Of a stretch of DNA of 64,000 nt, positions 38,706-51,440 are shown in pieces. The position numbers and the translations under genes are program-made. Positions within the stretch are counted from its first letter, which is position 1; each line of letters opens with the position of its first letter. The stretch spans positions 12,957,375 to 13,021,374 of the forward strand of contig OZ316897.1 in NCBI GenBank assembly GCA_973895155.1, read 5' to 3'. Source of the DNA: Marsupella aquatica (lineage: Eukaryota > Plantae > Marchantiophyta). A model generated the notes under the pieces. The model saw only the letters and a program-made list of their open reading frames with translations, did not search any database and was not told where the DNA came from.

Positions 38706-39239
38706 CACAACATCATCCCCAAAGCCGTGATCTACCATCGGACCACCGTGATCTACCATCGGACTCTAAGAGCAGAGCACCGTTGGTACCAGTGTGCTAT
38801 AGCAGCAGATCACCATTTTTCCAACACCGAGCTATAACAGCAGAGCACCATTGTTCCAACACCGAGATACTACAGCGGAGCACCATACCACGGCAATCAC
38901 GACACATGCTCTGCAATTTTCACTTCTTGTGAGACATCCTCGAGATTCAGCACTTCCAGCTTTGCAAAGCCAGAGGATGATCCTATATTCGATCACATTA
39001 GTCTCGATTTCATAATCTTAGAAAATAAATTACATCTTCACGCCATCCAGATGATATGTAATTGCTCAACTTACCTCTCGTTGTTGCTGTTTGGATGCGG
39101 CAGGACCGTAACGCCAGTGGACCGCCTGTGCAGTTTCCTTCGTCACTCAGTCTTTGGGAGCGCTCGATTGATTTGAAGGCAGCTAAGGCGCCAGAAGTTG
39201 GCTTTGTCACGGGAAGTCTACTTGGCAGCTTTATTCCTC

Positions 39240-40900
39240 ACACGGCGGCTTCGTCATATCAGGTGTTCCTTCGACTCTCGTTTCTTAGTTCAAGCTAACC
39301 TCACTTTTAGTATGGTCGTGCTTTAGCAATCTCTGTTTGCCGGATGAGTCCTTCCATTAGCTTTGAATGGAATATGGCAGCCGCGGCAAGCCTGCAAGAT
39401 CCTTAGCCTCGTCGGTCGCATTATGAGCACTTACAATTCTTGCCACTGTTTTCCCTTCCAGACGCACGAGTGTCTTCCTTCCAGACACACGAGTGTTTTC
39501 CTTTCCAGACGCACGAGTTCTTAAAAAGCTTTTGGCGGCTTCCCACATCAGGTGTTGCGCCGAGTCTTGTCTCTTAATTCAAGCGAACCTCACTTTTAGC
39601 ATGGTCGTGCTTTGGCAATCTCTGTTGCCAGAGTCCTTCCATTAGCTTTGAATGGATTGAAAGAATAATACAGAGTTGACTAACCTCTAGGATTCTTCGT
39701 TTTTGCATCGTCGCCTTTAGCAATGTCTGTTGCCAGATGATTCCTTCCATTAGCTTTGAATGGATTGAAAGAACACAGCTGACGCAACAAGCCTGTAAAA
39801 TCCTTAATTTCATCGATTGCATTATGAGCACTTAGACGCACGAGTGTTTTCCCTTCCAGAAGCACGAGTTCTTACGAAACTTTTGGCGGTTCTGGAAGGG
39901 AAAATCCAGTTTGAAGGAACTTTTGGCACTGCGGTGCTTGTGAGGCTTCATTTGTTTGCATTTTTATCAAGATGGTGCACTCGCTCTTGCATGGAATCAC
40001 TTGCACCCGATCGTTGGACTGGGCATAGACCACTAAACTCTTAACGACACGGGCGGATCGAGAGTACGGAGGCCGAGGGCTTTGTTTAGAATTTGATGAC
40101 ACCAATTCAGTAGATTTCTCAGATTCGGGTCATGCTGGACAAGTATCGCGGCGCTGAATGTTGGTACTTTCATGTACACTTTCCTGCTGCTCTCTTCATC
40201 TCACCTGGATAGCTAACCGCTGCTTGACTTGAATCTGGAAGTCCGTGAGTATTGCGCTCAGCTTCTACTTGACTTGAACCCCGGCCGTCCGTTGTTCGTT
40301 TTGCCCAGCTTCGGATTTGAGGTTCGGAGTTCGGGTCCAGCTGGATCATATATTTGACATACCTTGTAGACATTTGGAGAGCAAAACCACCGCTCTCAGC
40401 TCCCCTCACTGGCTCCAAGAATGCTCAATTCTGACGCATGTCTGGACGTTTGATTCTACCCCACCGTCGTACAGGAGGACAGAATTAGCGCTCGGACACA
40501 CTAGATTCGGGCCTTTCTGTCCAGTTTACTCGAGCCTTAGTTTACATCCAGTTGATTATTGGTACCATTCTGGTTGTCCTTGACTTCTGTGTTGCTAGCC
40601 AGGACAGTACCGCAAAGATCACCTGTCATTGTTTCCTCCGATGTGGTTACTTTCTTAAGGAATGAAGTCCAAAATGCTTGTGTAAAGGACACAGATGTGT
40701 TTCGGAGACGACGTCTCTTTCCTGGCAAGGGCTGGAATGTTGGATCGTTGAACACTTGAACTTGCTTCCCTACTCTCCACAGGCTAAACAAAGTAAGCTC
40801 GCCCATCCCCACATGTTCCGCTGCTGCAGTTCAAGCACTGTCCCACTCCTCTAATCCGAACTTACCAATTAACATACCTCTGTCCGATGCTTCTTTTGTC
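39240..40900 (-). pseudogene. Degenerate NLR NB-ARC-like relic with internal duplications
   Basis: The minus strand gives GMG...RVGK...VFNDPTFQ (decayed P-loop region) and LEGKT..AHNAIDE. Segments are homologous to 49925-50285, 59480-59830 and 63240-63340. A 23-bp TTTCCCTTCCAGACGCACGAGTG repeat lies at 39450-39520. Confidence 0.5.
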
Positions 40901-41619
40901 GATGCTAGTACATCAGCCTCATTCATCTTAATAAGTCTCCGACGGCCTGCTGAGGACGATACATGCAGCACCCTTTCAGCTGGAGGTTGCGATGCACCAA
41001 GAGTAAAATGCGGAATTAAGATTTCGTCACGTATGCCGCCCGTGAGACTGCTCCGTCCTCCATGCCTCAGCGCAAGAATCCCACTCCTAATGTGCGTCGA
41101 CTTGGCAGCCTGCGCCGGAGAGATCGATGTCGAAAAACACATCCACGGGCCCGAAGCAGCTGCGCAACGCTTTGGTCTGGGCCTCCACATCGCCTCACGA
41201 TCTTGAGGCGGGTGGGGTTTAGCACGTACAGCAAGCTTTTTTAGGACAGAGATATTACGTCCCATGGCTATAACCAGCGCAACGACTGGCACAGCACATC
41301 CACCGTAGGGTCGCGTTGCCGTCTCCCCAGTCCTAGCATGAATACTGATTTCAGAGGGTGGCTCTACAAAACGTCTTGGCTCCATGGGGCTCCATGGCTT
41401 CTGTGTGCTCTACAATCTCTTGTGTCCATTGCTGTTTATTCGATTCAATCTGGATCATATATTGAATATCATATCCCTCAGCCCACCGTAGGGAACCATC
41501 ATTCGAGAAATGATTCCTAGGGATTCGACACTGTACCTTAGGCCGCCATCGCCAACACTTCCAAGGAGCTATTTCTCGTTCAGCACATGTCAATTCTCTA
41601 GTGGCACCTTCGCGGATTT

Positions 41620-42835
41620 CGCGTAAGTCGAATACAGCAGAGTCGACCAGCGTGGAAAATCTTTAGTTTCTTCACTCGCATTATGAGCAGTTGTAACTTT
41701 AGAATTTTTTCGAATTTTGGCCACTGTTATTGAAGCTCCGAGGAGCGTGGCAACTGCCGTGCTTGGGAACATCGATTTGGCAATGCTGACGTAAAGGCCA
41801 CCAGTGTGAGAGATCTCTTTCCTGGCGGGGGGTGGAATGTTGGATCATTTACCCTTGTCTTGTCCAAGCGGCCGCGCGTTAGATCTGGGTCCGACGAGAG
41901 GTCCCGAGTGGGCCGATCAAGGAACCTTGGAGGGCAGGGTTCTGTAGCTGCTGCTTCTCGGGGAATTGAACGACCCATTGAGACAGTCACAGCAGAACGT
42001 GGTCTAGATTGGAGAATGCAAGTCTTCAGAGCGGGATCGATTCTCCACTAGCCCGGATGTGGCTGCCGCCGATTCGGATTACTGGAGCCGAACACATCTG
42101 ACCTTTAAGACTGTGGATGGATTGCACTGAATAGTCCATCGCCGGGTGATTTTGCTTTCCGTAGCTTTACCCAATTGCAACGGGTATTGAAAACTTCTAG
42201 ATCTTTAGACTCAGGCTCAGGTGTGACTATCTCTCGAAGTGAAACAATAAACCGCATATTTAGGGATCTGACGTTGCAGCAACAAACGAACAACCGACTT
42301 AGGTCAATCTCCTCGTGTAAAATCGGACTACAATCATAAGGGCCGACGCGACCCTTTGCCCTCGCGACAGTTTCGGAAAAAGCCTATCGACTCCTTCTTC
42401 GAATATCAAACGTGTCATGTGTGCGGCTGCGGCTGAGTTCAGCTGAGTTCATAACTCAGCTTGCTTGCTTTTGGTAAAAGCTCGGGATCTGCAAGGCCGG
42501 AAAGTTTCCTGGATCTGCAAGCGCCGGAAAGTTTCCTGCCCTTGCTTCGGAAATGGAAGGATAACGTGTCATGTGTGCGACAGAGTTCGGCTGAGTTTAG
42601 ATCAAAGCTCGGGACCTGCAGCTAGAGGGCTGGAAACTTTCCGGCCCTTGCCTTCGAACATGCAAAGATCAAGAACGGTGAGGACGAACTTGGGCAATTC
42701 AAGGTCAACTTATTTAGGATCGGGGTCGGCAAGAGATTCGGAATATCTCCAGCCATCACACAAGAGAAGGCTTCCGATCGAGCGTTAAAACTGTTTCCTC
42801 TTACGATTGTGTGGCACTACACTACATTGTATGTC
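41620..42835 (-). pseudogene. Degenerate NLR (NB-ARC-like) relic; paralog of 32780-34040
   Basis: Colinear direct repeat of 32780-34040 with small indels. Confidence 0.5.
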
Positions 42836-43355
42836 ACCAGTATTAATGAGGAAACCATATCCTAAACAAAATGGACTGCCTGGGTGTAAGGATCATAGCA
42901 AAGTGATATCTAATTAGGATGAGATCTGTCAGGATCAGTCGAGTGGAGTAATTGTACTAAGGCCTGTGGATCTAGTTCCAGTCCCGTTTGTTTCATCAGA
43001 GCTGTCGTGGCTTCCTTCACTGCCATGACGCAAGCTAATACTAACGAAGTAATCTGAGTTTTACCCAATTTTCTGTTGGAAAAGTGGATTGTCTGAGTGG
43101 ATCAACCCAAACACAAACCTGTGGGAGACGCATCAGGCTAATGTGATTGTAATGTAGAGTTTGGTTTAAAATTGCTGTTTAAACTTGCTAATTTACGTGG
43201 GTAGTCTTTAGCAGTCCAATCGCGTACCACAGTCAAGCGAGTTGCAACGGTTTAGCAAACGTATGTGAGACCGAGATATCCCGCGAGTTTAATATTTGTG
43301 CTGACTTGGTTGAAGCGTTTTATGTCGTCAGGTGAAGAAGACTCCGAAGGCCGTC

Positions 43356-43556
43356 ATGGATCCAAACGTTTTGAGTGTGCTGCTCAATATCCTGTCCACC
43401 GGTATCTTTGAGGGCCTCAAACTCGTCTTGACATGGGTTAGAGATGTATTCGGTCCTCTATTAGGCAGGGAAGGACCTCAAGTGCAGCCAAGAGGGGCTC
43501 AAGGGCAGCCAGGAGAGGGTCAAGAGCAGCCAGGAGAGCAAGTAGGAGAGCCTTAA
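43356..43556 (+). CDS. Small protein (66 aa): amphipathic N-terminal helix + Q/P/G/E-rich tail; family of 3 in window
   Basis: MDPNVLSVLLNILSTGIFEGLKLVLTWV... is homologous to ORFs at 51294 and 60961. It is preceded by a branch-point-like GCTGAC and a CAG|GTGAAG acceptor. Confidence 0.5.
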   Translation: MDPNVLSVLLNILSTGIFEGLKLVLTWVRDVFGPLLGREGPQVQPRGAQGQPGEGQEQPGEQVGEP

Positions 43557-44892
43557 TTAAGAGTATACCCAAGAAGAATCTGGACCAATTTAACACGCCA
43601 AACCAGAAATTAAGCTACAACATTGACTGGTCAATGATATATTACTTTCATATAGATTGTCTTCTTGGAAACTAGACGAATTGCTTCATGGCTAGTCTGC
43701 GGACATGCAATATAACGGACGATGATTGTAGATTCCGTTCTCATTATTTTATGGTGATTTTATATTGTTCTGAGTAACGATCTGTTGCCAAGTTTAGGAA
43801 GAAATGTTGTTTCTTCATGCCGACTAGCATGAATGTGCTTGCTTGTTGGAGGAGAGAATTCAGTTTGACGTCGATTGAATTACTGTCAATTCACGCGTCA
43901 GCTGAAACCTAAGTCGAGACCTGAGTTCGCATTTGTCTACTACGTACAACCAGCTTCAGAGATCATAAGGTGGGCTTGTCAAAGCTAACATGAAAGTCGG
44001 CAGGAGATGGTATGAACTTGTTTGACATTTGCGATCGTCGTGTCCAATTGAACGAACTCTATATGCGTTGCGAATTTGATACCCGATTTGATACTGACAA
44101 GGAGCCAGCAGTGTCCAATTAAATCCATTGAGTCCAGATACCAAACGCTGTTAAGTGCTGTGATCACTATCTGTCCCACGCAAAGTTACAGTAGACCTAC
44201 CTTAGCTATAGCAACAGCAGCTGTCAGCAATCTACGCATTGTCATTATTTGGATCCTTTCATACCTACTACTAAAAACTGATATTAACTTTAAGGACTCG
44301 TGGACTGGTACCAAATTCTGAGCTGCGATCACTTCTTCAATGTCGTCTCTTAAACTTTGTATTCCATCGTAGTTCTCCTGTCTCATCTATTTTCAAATCC
44401 GGATGGTGAGGCCTTCTTGTCTCCTCCTCCTACATAAAGAGCTTCCGTTCTGGCTTTGGGGGAGGCGAGCAGTCTTAAAAAAAAGTAATGGTTGAAAATT
44501 CCAAACTCTGAGCTGCTCAAGTACAAGTAAAAGTTAGAGCCAAATTCAGAGACACGAGCACCCTCAACTTCATGGCCGAGACCTGGGCCCACGAGTTTAA
44601 TAACGACCATGTTTATGGGGTGCCGGTCATGCCCCTGGGAAGTATTATTATAGTCCATCTAGTCCAAAAAAACATGCAATATTAAAATGGCAAGAAACAT
44701 TTCTTTTTTACAAAGTGGTAACCTCCCAAATTTCGCCACGTGCTGAGGTTACGTACCACTCCCAAATTCGCCATCTGCTGAGGTGACAGAAATGTGGAGT
44801 CAGGAGCTCTCGTACTGATTGTGGGCTGTCTCGCCTCCTAGATACTGTTGGGATATACTTGACAGCCGCTAGCAGAAAAGATCCTCACAGAG

Positions 44893-45140
44893 TTCAGGGA
44901 GAGTAGTCCGGGCATTGTCATTCAATGCCCCTCGATTCTCCCCCACAGCCCACCCCAATGCTCTCTCCATTTTTGTGTCTCACTTCGGTTTCAGGCCAGC
45001 CCAATTTTTGGGTCTCGGTTCAATTTTGAGAGGGGCACAGATTTTTGAGGAGTTCTAATGCTTGATGCGTATAACTTATTCAAAAATAATATATTTTATA
45101 ATATCAATTTTAAAAATATTAATATAAAATCTTAAAATAA
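44893..45140 (+). repeat. Dispersed copy of the terminal region of the 10625-13185 foldback family
   Basis: TTCAGGGAGA...TTGTCATTCAATGC.CCTCGATTCTCCCCCA...GGCACAGATTTTTGAGGAGTTCTAATG shared with ~10020 and ~10625. Confidence 0.8.
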
Positions 45141-47447
45141 TTGAATTTAAAGTCTGGATGGATTCATACATTATCTATGAAGTCTCATAGACAAATCAAA
45201 ACTTGGATGTACTTGACTCAAAGATACATATATGCTTGGATATTATTTGTTATACTTGTCTCCAAAAATACCATGTCAGATCATCATTTTTGTTCACCTC
45301 CCCAAAAGTACCTTGTCAAAGCATCACCTGTGTACTTTTTTGTCCTTGAACATTCTCTTAATATCCTTTTCCCTCAAGCTAGTCCCTTTAACCATTTTCT
45401 TTGAGTTCAATAAAAAACCATAAAATATGTAAGGTATGTTTAGGTATTTGTATGCCTTATCTGGCATTCATGGTAATAAAATTATATAGACTAAGCTCTT
45501 CACAATTTGCGCCTCAAGTAGTTTGTTCAATGAGCAAAAGCAAAATTAATTCAAGTTTTTCCTCAAGAATATTTTTATGTTTATAATAGATCGCAAAAAT
45601 CCCACAAAAGGAGGCAAGAAGCAACACAATCCCTGTGAACCAATATAACAATTTCCACTAGGAAATTGAGTGAAAATCTTGATTTTCATAGAGCATTGCT
45701 CCTAAGATGAAATTGTATTTCTATAGAGTATCGCTCTTGTGTTAAGGAGGGGTTTGACTTGTTTTTCTGCAACAAAGCTATCTCAGATTTTAATCTAAGA
45801 GGGTATTGTCGAGAAATCTTATTTTTCAGAGAGCGTTGCTCTTTCACAAAGAGGGCTTCAATTAAATTTCCCACTGCAGAGCTCCAAGAAATGATATTTT
45901 TCAAAGAGCGTTGCTCTTGTTACAATAAGTGCTTCCAGTACTTTGCCGTCACAAAGGTCTCAACAATGGTCTCAACAATTTCAAATACAATACTAAATGT
46001 AAACCTTTGTTTCATTCAATACATATTTTCAGTTCACTTTCAAGTGTAAGTATCCTAACATATGGGAAATGTAGATAAACAGTTAATTAGGACATTGATT
46101 ACCTATGTTTTCTCATCATTAGGTGTAAAATGCTTAGTTTATGTGTCACAGTCCATGGGGATGATGGGAGACAACCTTCAAGTCCATCTAGGCTTCAGTA
46201 CTTAATTAGAGTTAATATTAATTAATTGATTTAATTATAAAATTCTGCTAAATATATTTAGGAAATGTTAGAATTTGATGAATAGCCTGGTATTGTCGAA
46301 ATGGAGGTTCTATTGTTCTTCTAAGAAAATTCTTAAGTCTTCCCTTCAAATCAATAAAATGACCCTATCTTTCGTCGCATATGATGTGTCATTTTTGTGA
46401 AACCCTCGAGCATCTGACCCTAGCACTCACTAAGGGAAATGTAATGAGATATACCTATGACCGAAACCTCCCCATGTACCCCTTGTTATATTTTGGAGGA
46501 ACATTTAAATCTTTCTTGTTTGTTCTAAAAATAAATTTCAGTCCTATATAAATCTTCCTAGGTTATTATAATCTTTGATTTTTTAGAATTTAAAATACCC
46601 TTCATTTTGTTATAAAAACAAGGTTTAGGAGATGCATATAAGAGTCTTCTTCACATCGGGCCGTTTATTCTACGACAACCTCCCATTGACCGACTCCAAG
46701 AACCCAGGTTACAACCAAATACGAGAGGGTTGGGGAGGGGGTTTAGGGTTTAGGGTTCTTGTGTGAAAACTGGTACGAGAGACTGGCCCTGTGACATTAC
46801 CTAAACCAATGAGACTATGACATGTCGACCAATGAAATGTTGACGCCTATCATGGAGTATTTACATACCCCACCAGCTAATGTAATGGGCAACCAAATTT
46901 ACAATAGTCTCCATTCCTTCTAACCTAGACTACACATATATGGTGCCCTAGTTCATTCTAACCTTGTTCTAATATTAATTTCAAAACGGATTTAAGATAC
47001 CTGTCGGACATTCGCACATATATTTTGTTATTTCATAAGCTGAGGGCCCAGGGCCATCTGATCAAAGATGAGTGCTGTCATCCTACAAACACTCCAACCT
47101 CTTTTTATTATTTTGCCAAGCCTTGCTCAAAGGAAATATATATCACAAGGCAGAATTGACACACTCCGTAAAACTCCCAGTTAGGGGCCTTTTTCCATAG
47201 CATCCTATACTAAAGTGGGGAAAAGCGCAAAGTGTGTAAAGTGACACGTAAAGTGAACACAACTCCACTTATATGATACTTAATATTCCCCACCTCTAAT
47301 GTAGTAATTACCAAGTAGTAAAAAACTCTAGGGAGAAAAGATTAATGTGAAGTATAATTATTTTTACTAGGGTTCAGACTTTGATTTCTTTTGTGTACAA
47401 TTTCATTTTGTAGATAGAGTGCAAGCATCGATGTCTCATGCATCACT

Positions 47448-47791
47448 TGTTGAGCATAGACGACATTCGTAACGACAAGCCCATGAACCATCCAACGCAC
47501 AATAGTCGACACAGAGAGATACGTGGTTCACCTCCACATGAGGCTACGTCCACGGGAACATACAAGAGCTTTACTGCACTCTAGGCCGACCGGCCATACC
47601 AAGCATCCACAGCACAAGCTCTCCCTATCTCTCAACTAGCTCCGTAAGAATGAGCCTAAGTTCCACCAGGGTCTGGCATCAGCCCTGGCTATATGCACAG
47701 TAACACTACCGCTAACATTAGCTAAGTCCTAACCCGAGTTAGCCTAACTGTAGTTAGCTCATGAGTCACAAGACTAGAGCAATATCTAACA
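47448..47791. mobile_element. Solo LTR (344 bp), probably Ty1/copia
   Basis: TGTT...AACA termini. 5-bp TSD TCACT at 47443-47447 and 47792-47796. Internal GATACGTGGTTCACC...GGCTACGTCCACG resembles plant copia LTRs. Confidence 0.85.
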
Positions 47792-49924
47792 TCACTACCC
47801 ATTTGAGCTCATTGACACTGTTTGGAAACCCCAAATTGATGCTTTGGTTAAAGATTATGGACAGTTCTAGTATTTGTAGGTAAGTGTGAAAACCCCTAGA
47901 TGAAGAAGAGAGATTTGGCAAACCCTTCTTATTACAAGGGGAACATACAAATCCTCTAAGATTGTCTTTTTTAAGTAGGGTTTAAGAACACCAACATTAA
48001 ACTAGGTAAAAGTCACACATATGGTAGTATAAATTTGATTTACCTACGGGAGGATATGTAAAATGATGCTCCCATGGACCGTAGACAAAAACATACAATT
48101 GGGATGAACTAACTAAAAATATTCCCTAACACATTGTGAGTAAAATGTGATCCACCTGAGTTACAAAAAATACATGTGCGTATTTTGACAAACTCTCTCC
48201 GGGCTTCATTTTGGGGGATGTGACAGTTCTGCCTTGTATAATTAGATCAACTGCTGAAGTCAATACTGCTGAAGTCAATACTTTTCAGTCTGTTCATTGC
48301 AATTAATAAAATTCCCTGACACATTGTGAGTACAATGCCCCTGACCTGCTTCGGGGCGTCGCTACGCTCCCGCAGTCATCACGAATCCCAAGATAATTCG
48401 TGGACTTCGGGAGCCTGCCTTCTGCGATGGAATTTGGAAGGACTCCGCAGTCTGTCCTGGGGCACGGGCGGCCGGGGCACCACATGAGGAGGTTGAGCCG
48501 GATATCTCTCGCAGAGTGGATTGATGACATGTGTGATAATGAGAATTAGAGTCCCTCGTACGTGAAGGACCCCCACATGCGAGTTGGGCGTTTAAGAGCT
48601 CGCTCCCGCCGTCATCACTCTAACGGATAAAACAAAACATGGAAAGCCCGACTGCCCAAATGAGCGAAAGCTCGACAGTCGAGCCCGAAACTTGATATTT
48701 TTGTTTAATCTATTTAATGTGAATTTAATCAAATGATATTAAAGTTTATTTTTGTTTTGAAAGGAAATGGGAAATAAATATAATTAGATTCCTCCACCCC
48801 AATGTGATAGTTTTTCTGTAAGGAATCCAAACCAGGGTGAGCCCCAACGGATCCTACATGAGGAAATATTACATCAGGGTCATAAAGTGGATAACATAGG
48901 CTGGCCAGATAATCAGAATTCCAATCCATTACTCACAAAATACATCCCACCCACACATATACCCTCCACACCCTAGTGTATGGGAAGGGGGATTGAATTA
49001 AAGTTAGGGGGGATTGAACCCCAGTGTAGTGTATGGGAAGGGGGATTGAATTAAAGTTGATTTTTTCCTGGACAGTCTAACAGAAAACTTGTTCCTAAAG
49101 ATAACTTTGTATCTCGACAGTCTAGCCGAAACTTGTTTGATATTGTGTTCGACAGTCCAGCGGAAAGTTTTCCTAAAGTTGACTTCTAATATTCCCTTGA
49201 CAATCGAAAGCAGAACGTCCAACAGGAGGATGCGATTCTTTAAGGTTCCCACAAGGGGGACGACACTCAATTGTGAATTGTGGGTTCCAGTTCGGGGCCC
49301 ACAATAGACTGTAAAAACCATTTTTTTATCAGACACTAGCCTTGGTTCTTGTCTACCTACTTAAAACTCATCATCAAACCAACTTACACTACCTTTTTAC
49401 CTTAGGGACTCTACTAGGATTTCTTTGCTTATCCCCCTATGCAGGCGTTATACCGTTATACCGTCGCTTCAGTTTGCCGATCAGTTGGCTTTTAGGCTTC
49501 TGGTTTTAGGTCTGCTGTTTTTTTTTCTTCTTTCATTTTCTTGGCCCTTTGGTTGTCCCTCCTTGATTGGGTCCTTTGCCTGAGGATCATGTGTCCAACA
49601 AAGGGCGTTTTTTTGGCAGTGTAGTAATACTAACAATTATTTTGACATTGCTCTGGTTAGTGTATTTTTCCTTGAAAGTGTGATGACCAGCAACATAGTG
49701 GAGTATGTAAGGAGTGGAAGTAGAAAAAGTCTTCCACTTATACATGATCACTTCCCCTTCAACACGTCGCCATTATATATACCTGACCATGCACCTGTGG
49801 TGACAATTCCCCTAATACATGGTTCTCCACTTCTCTTCTCGCATTAAGGAGCTTCTCTTGTCCTTCCTCGCACTCCGTCTTTGATTCGAAGTCACAGTTG
49901 CCACTGAAACGTGCTGGATTCCCC

Positions 49925-50285
49925 ATACGGCAGCTTCGTCGCATCAGGTGTCCGCCGACTCTCGTCTTTATTTCCAAAGGATATGTGCGTGTTCTCTCGT
50001 TGTTGCGTTGTTGCGATACTGCGTAACAAGCTAGCTCCGTTGTTGCTGCTGCAGGAGTGGAACGCCGCTTGTGCTCTCTCGTTCTTCTACTCAGTCTACT
50101 CGAAAGTATTGACACCGCCAATGTACTTGGCAGCCTAATTCCTCGCGCGGCGCTTCGCCACATCAGGTGTTCCGCCGACTCTCGTCTTTATTTCAGGCTA
50201 ATCTCACTATTGAGATGGTATTGCTTTAGCAATCGATCTCTGTTGCCAGATCTAAGCATTAGCTTAGAATGGATTGAAAGAATAT
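49925..50285 (-). pseudogene. Short NB-ARC-like relic (partly duplicated)
   Basis: Homologous to 39240-39370 and 59480-59600 (CGGC.GCTTCGTC..ATCAGGTG...TTTAGCAAT..CTCTGTTGCCAGATG). Confidence 0.45.
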
Positions 50286-51293
50286 CTATTGGGTCATAGG
50301 TTGTAGAATGTAGTTGTACTGAGGTCTGCCGATCTAGTTCCAGTCCCCTTTGGTTCTTCAGAGTTTTCGTGGCCGTGAGTTTTCGTGGCTTCCTTCACTT
50401 CCACTTCGGACGTCACGACTTGTGGAGTAATCTGAGTTTTGCTCAATTTTTCTCATCAGAAAAGTTTTTCATGTACGTGAGTGGATATTAAGCCAAAAAA
50501 CGAACATGTGTGAACGTGAGGGAGCCGAATCAGGCTAGCATATGTGAGTGAAATGTAGCTAGTTTGGTTTGCAAGTCCCCCATGATTGACTTAACAAGTT
50601 TGGAACTTGTCATGGCGGACTTGCATATATGCTGTACTTTGTGGTAAAACTTGTGCTGTATGCTGGGATCTCCTGTTGCTCTCTTTCATCTCAGCTGAAG
50701 AGCATGTGGAATTCCGTTCGCATTGGGCTTCTACTTGACTTGAATCTGGTACCCGCGTTCGTCAGGGCCATGAATCATCAGTGTCAGGAAACCATGTACG
50801 TTCTAATTAATAAAATGGACTGGGTGTAAGGATCATAGCAACGAGATATATATCTTCTTAGGATGATCGAGGTCTGTGAGGATCAGTAGATTGCAGTCCC
50901 CTTTGGTTGTTCAGAGGTTTCGTGGCCGGGCGTTTTCGTGGCTTCCTTCAGCGCCACTACCGAAGTCACGACTAGTGGAGTAATCTGACTTTTGCTCAAT
51001 GTTTCCCTTCAGAAAAGTTGTTTTATGCACGTGAGTGGATAAACCAAAAAACAAAAAAGGTGCGAAGGTGAAGTAGACGAATCAGGTAGAGTGTAGTTTA
51101 ATATCGGTATTTAAAGTTGCTGCTTTAGGTTCTTAGACTTTAGCGGCATCAAGGCACCTCATTCAAGCGAGGTTTCACGGATTATCAAGCTTATGTGCGG
51201 CTGACATATCCCGTGAGTTGTTATATTTTTGCTGACTGGGTTGAAACCATTGATGTTGGCTGGTGAAGGAGACTCTTACGGTCATCTGTGAAC

Positions 51294-51440
51294 ATGGATC
51301 CTACCGTTACGAATATACTGGTCGATATCCTATCCGACTTTATCTTTGAGGTGTTGAAGCTCGTCTTCATATAGGTTACTGCGAACCTCATGATATGGCT
51401 ATTTGGTCGTTCTCAAGAGCAGCCAGGAGAGCAAGCATGA
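51294..51440 (+). pseudogene. Small amphipathic-peptide paralog with an in-frame TAG (TGG>TAG)
   Basis: MDPTVTNILVDILSDFIFEVLKLVFI*VTANLMIWLFGRSQEQPGEQA; homologous to the 43356 and 60961 ORFs. Confidence 0.55.

Noticed and set aside
46738-46757. Plant telomere motif TTTAGGG x2
   Set aside because: Only two units; too short to call an interstitial telomeric array.
48975-49060. tRNA/SINE B-box-like GGATTGAACCC (also ~56339)
   Set aside because: No cloverleaf or A-box found; here it is part of a short local duplication.
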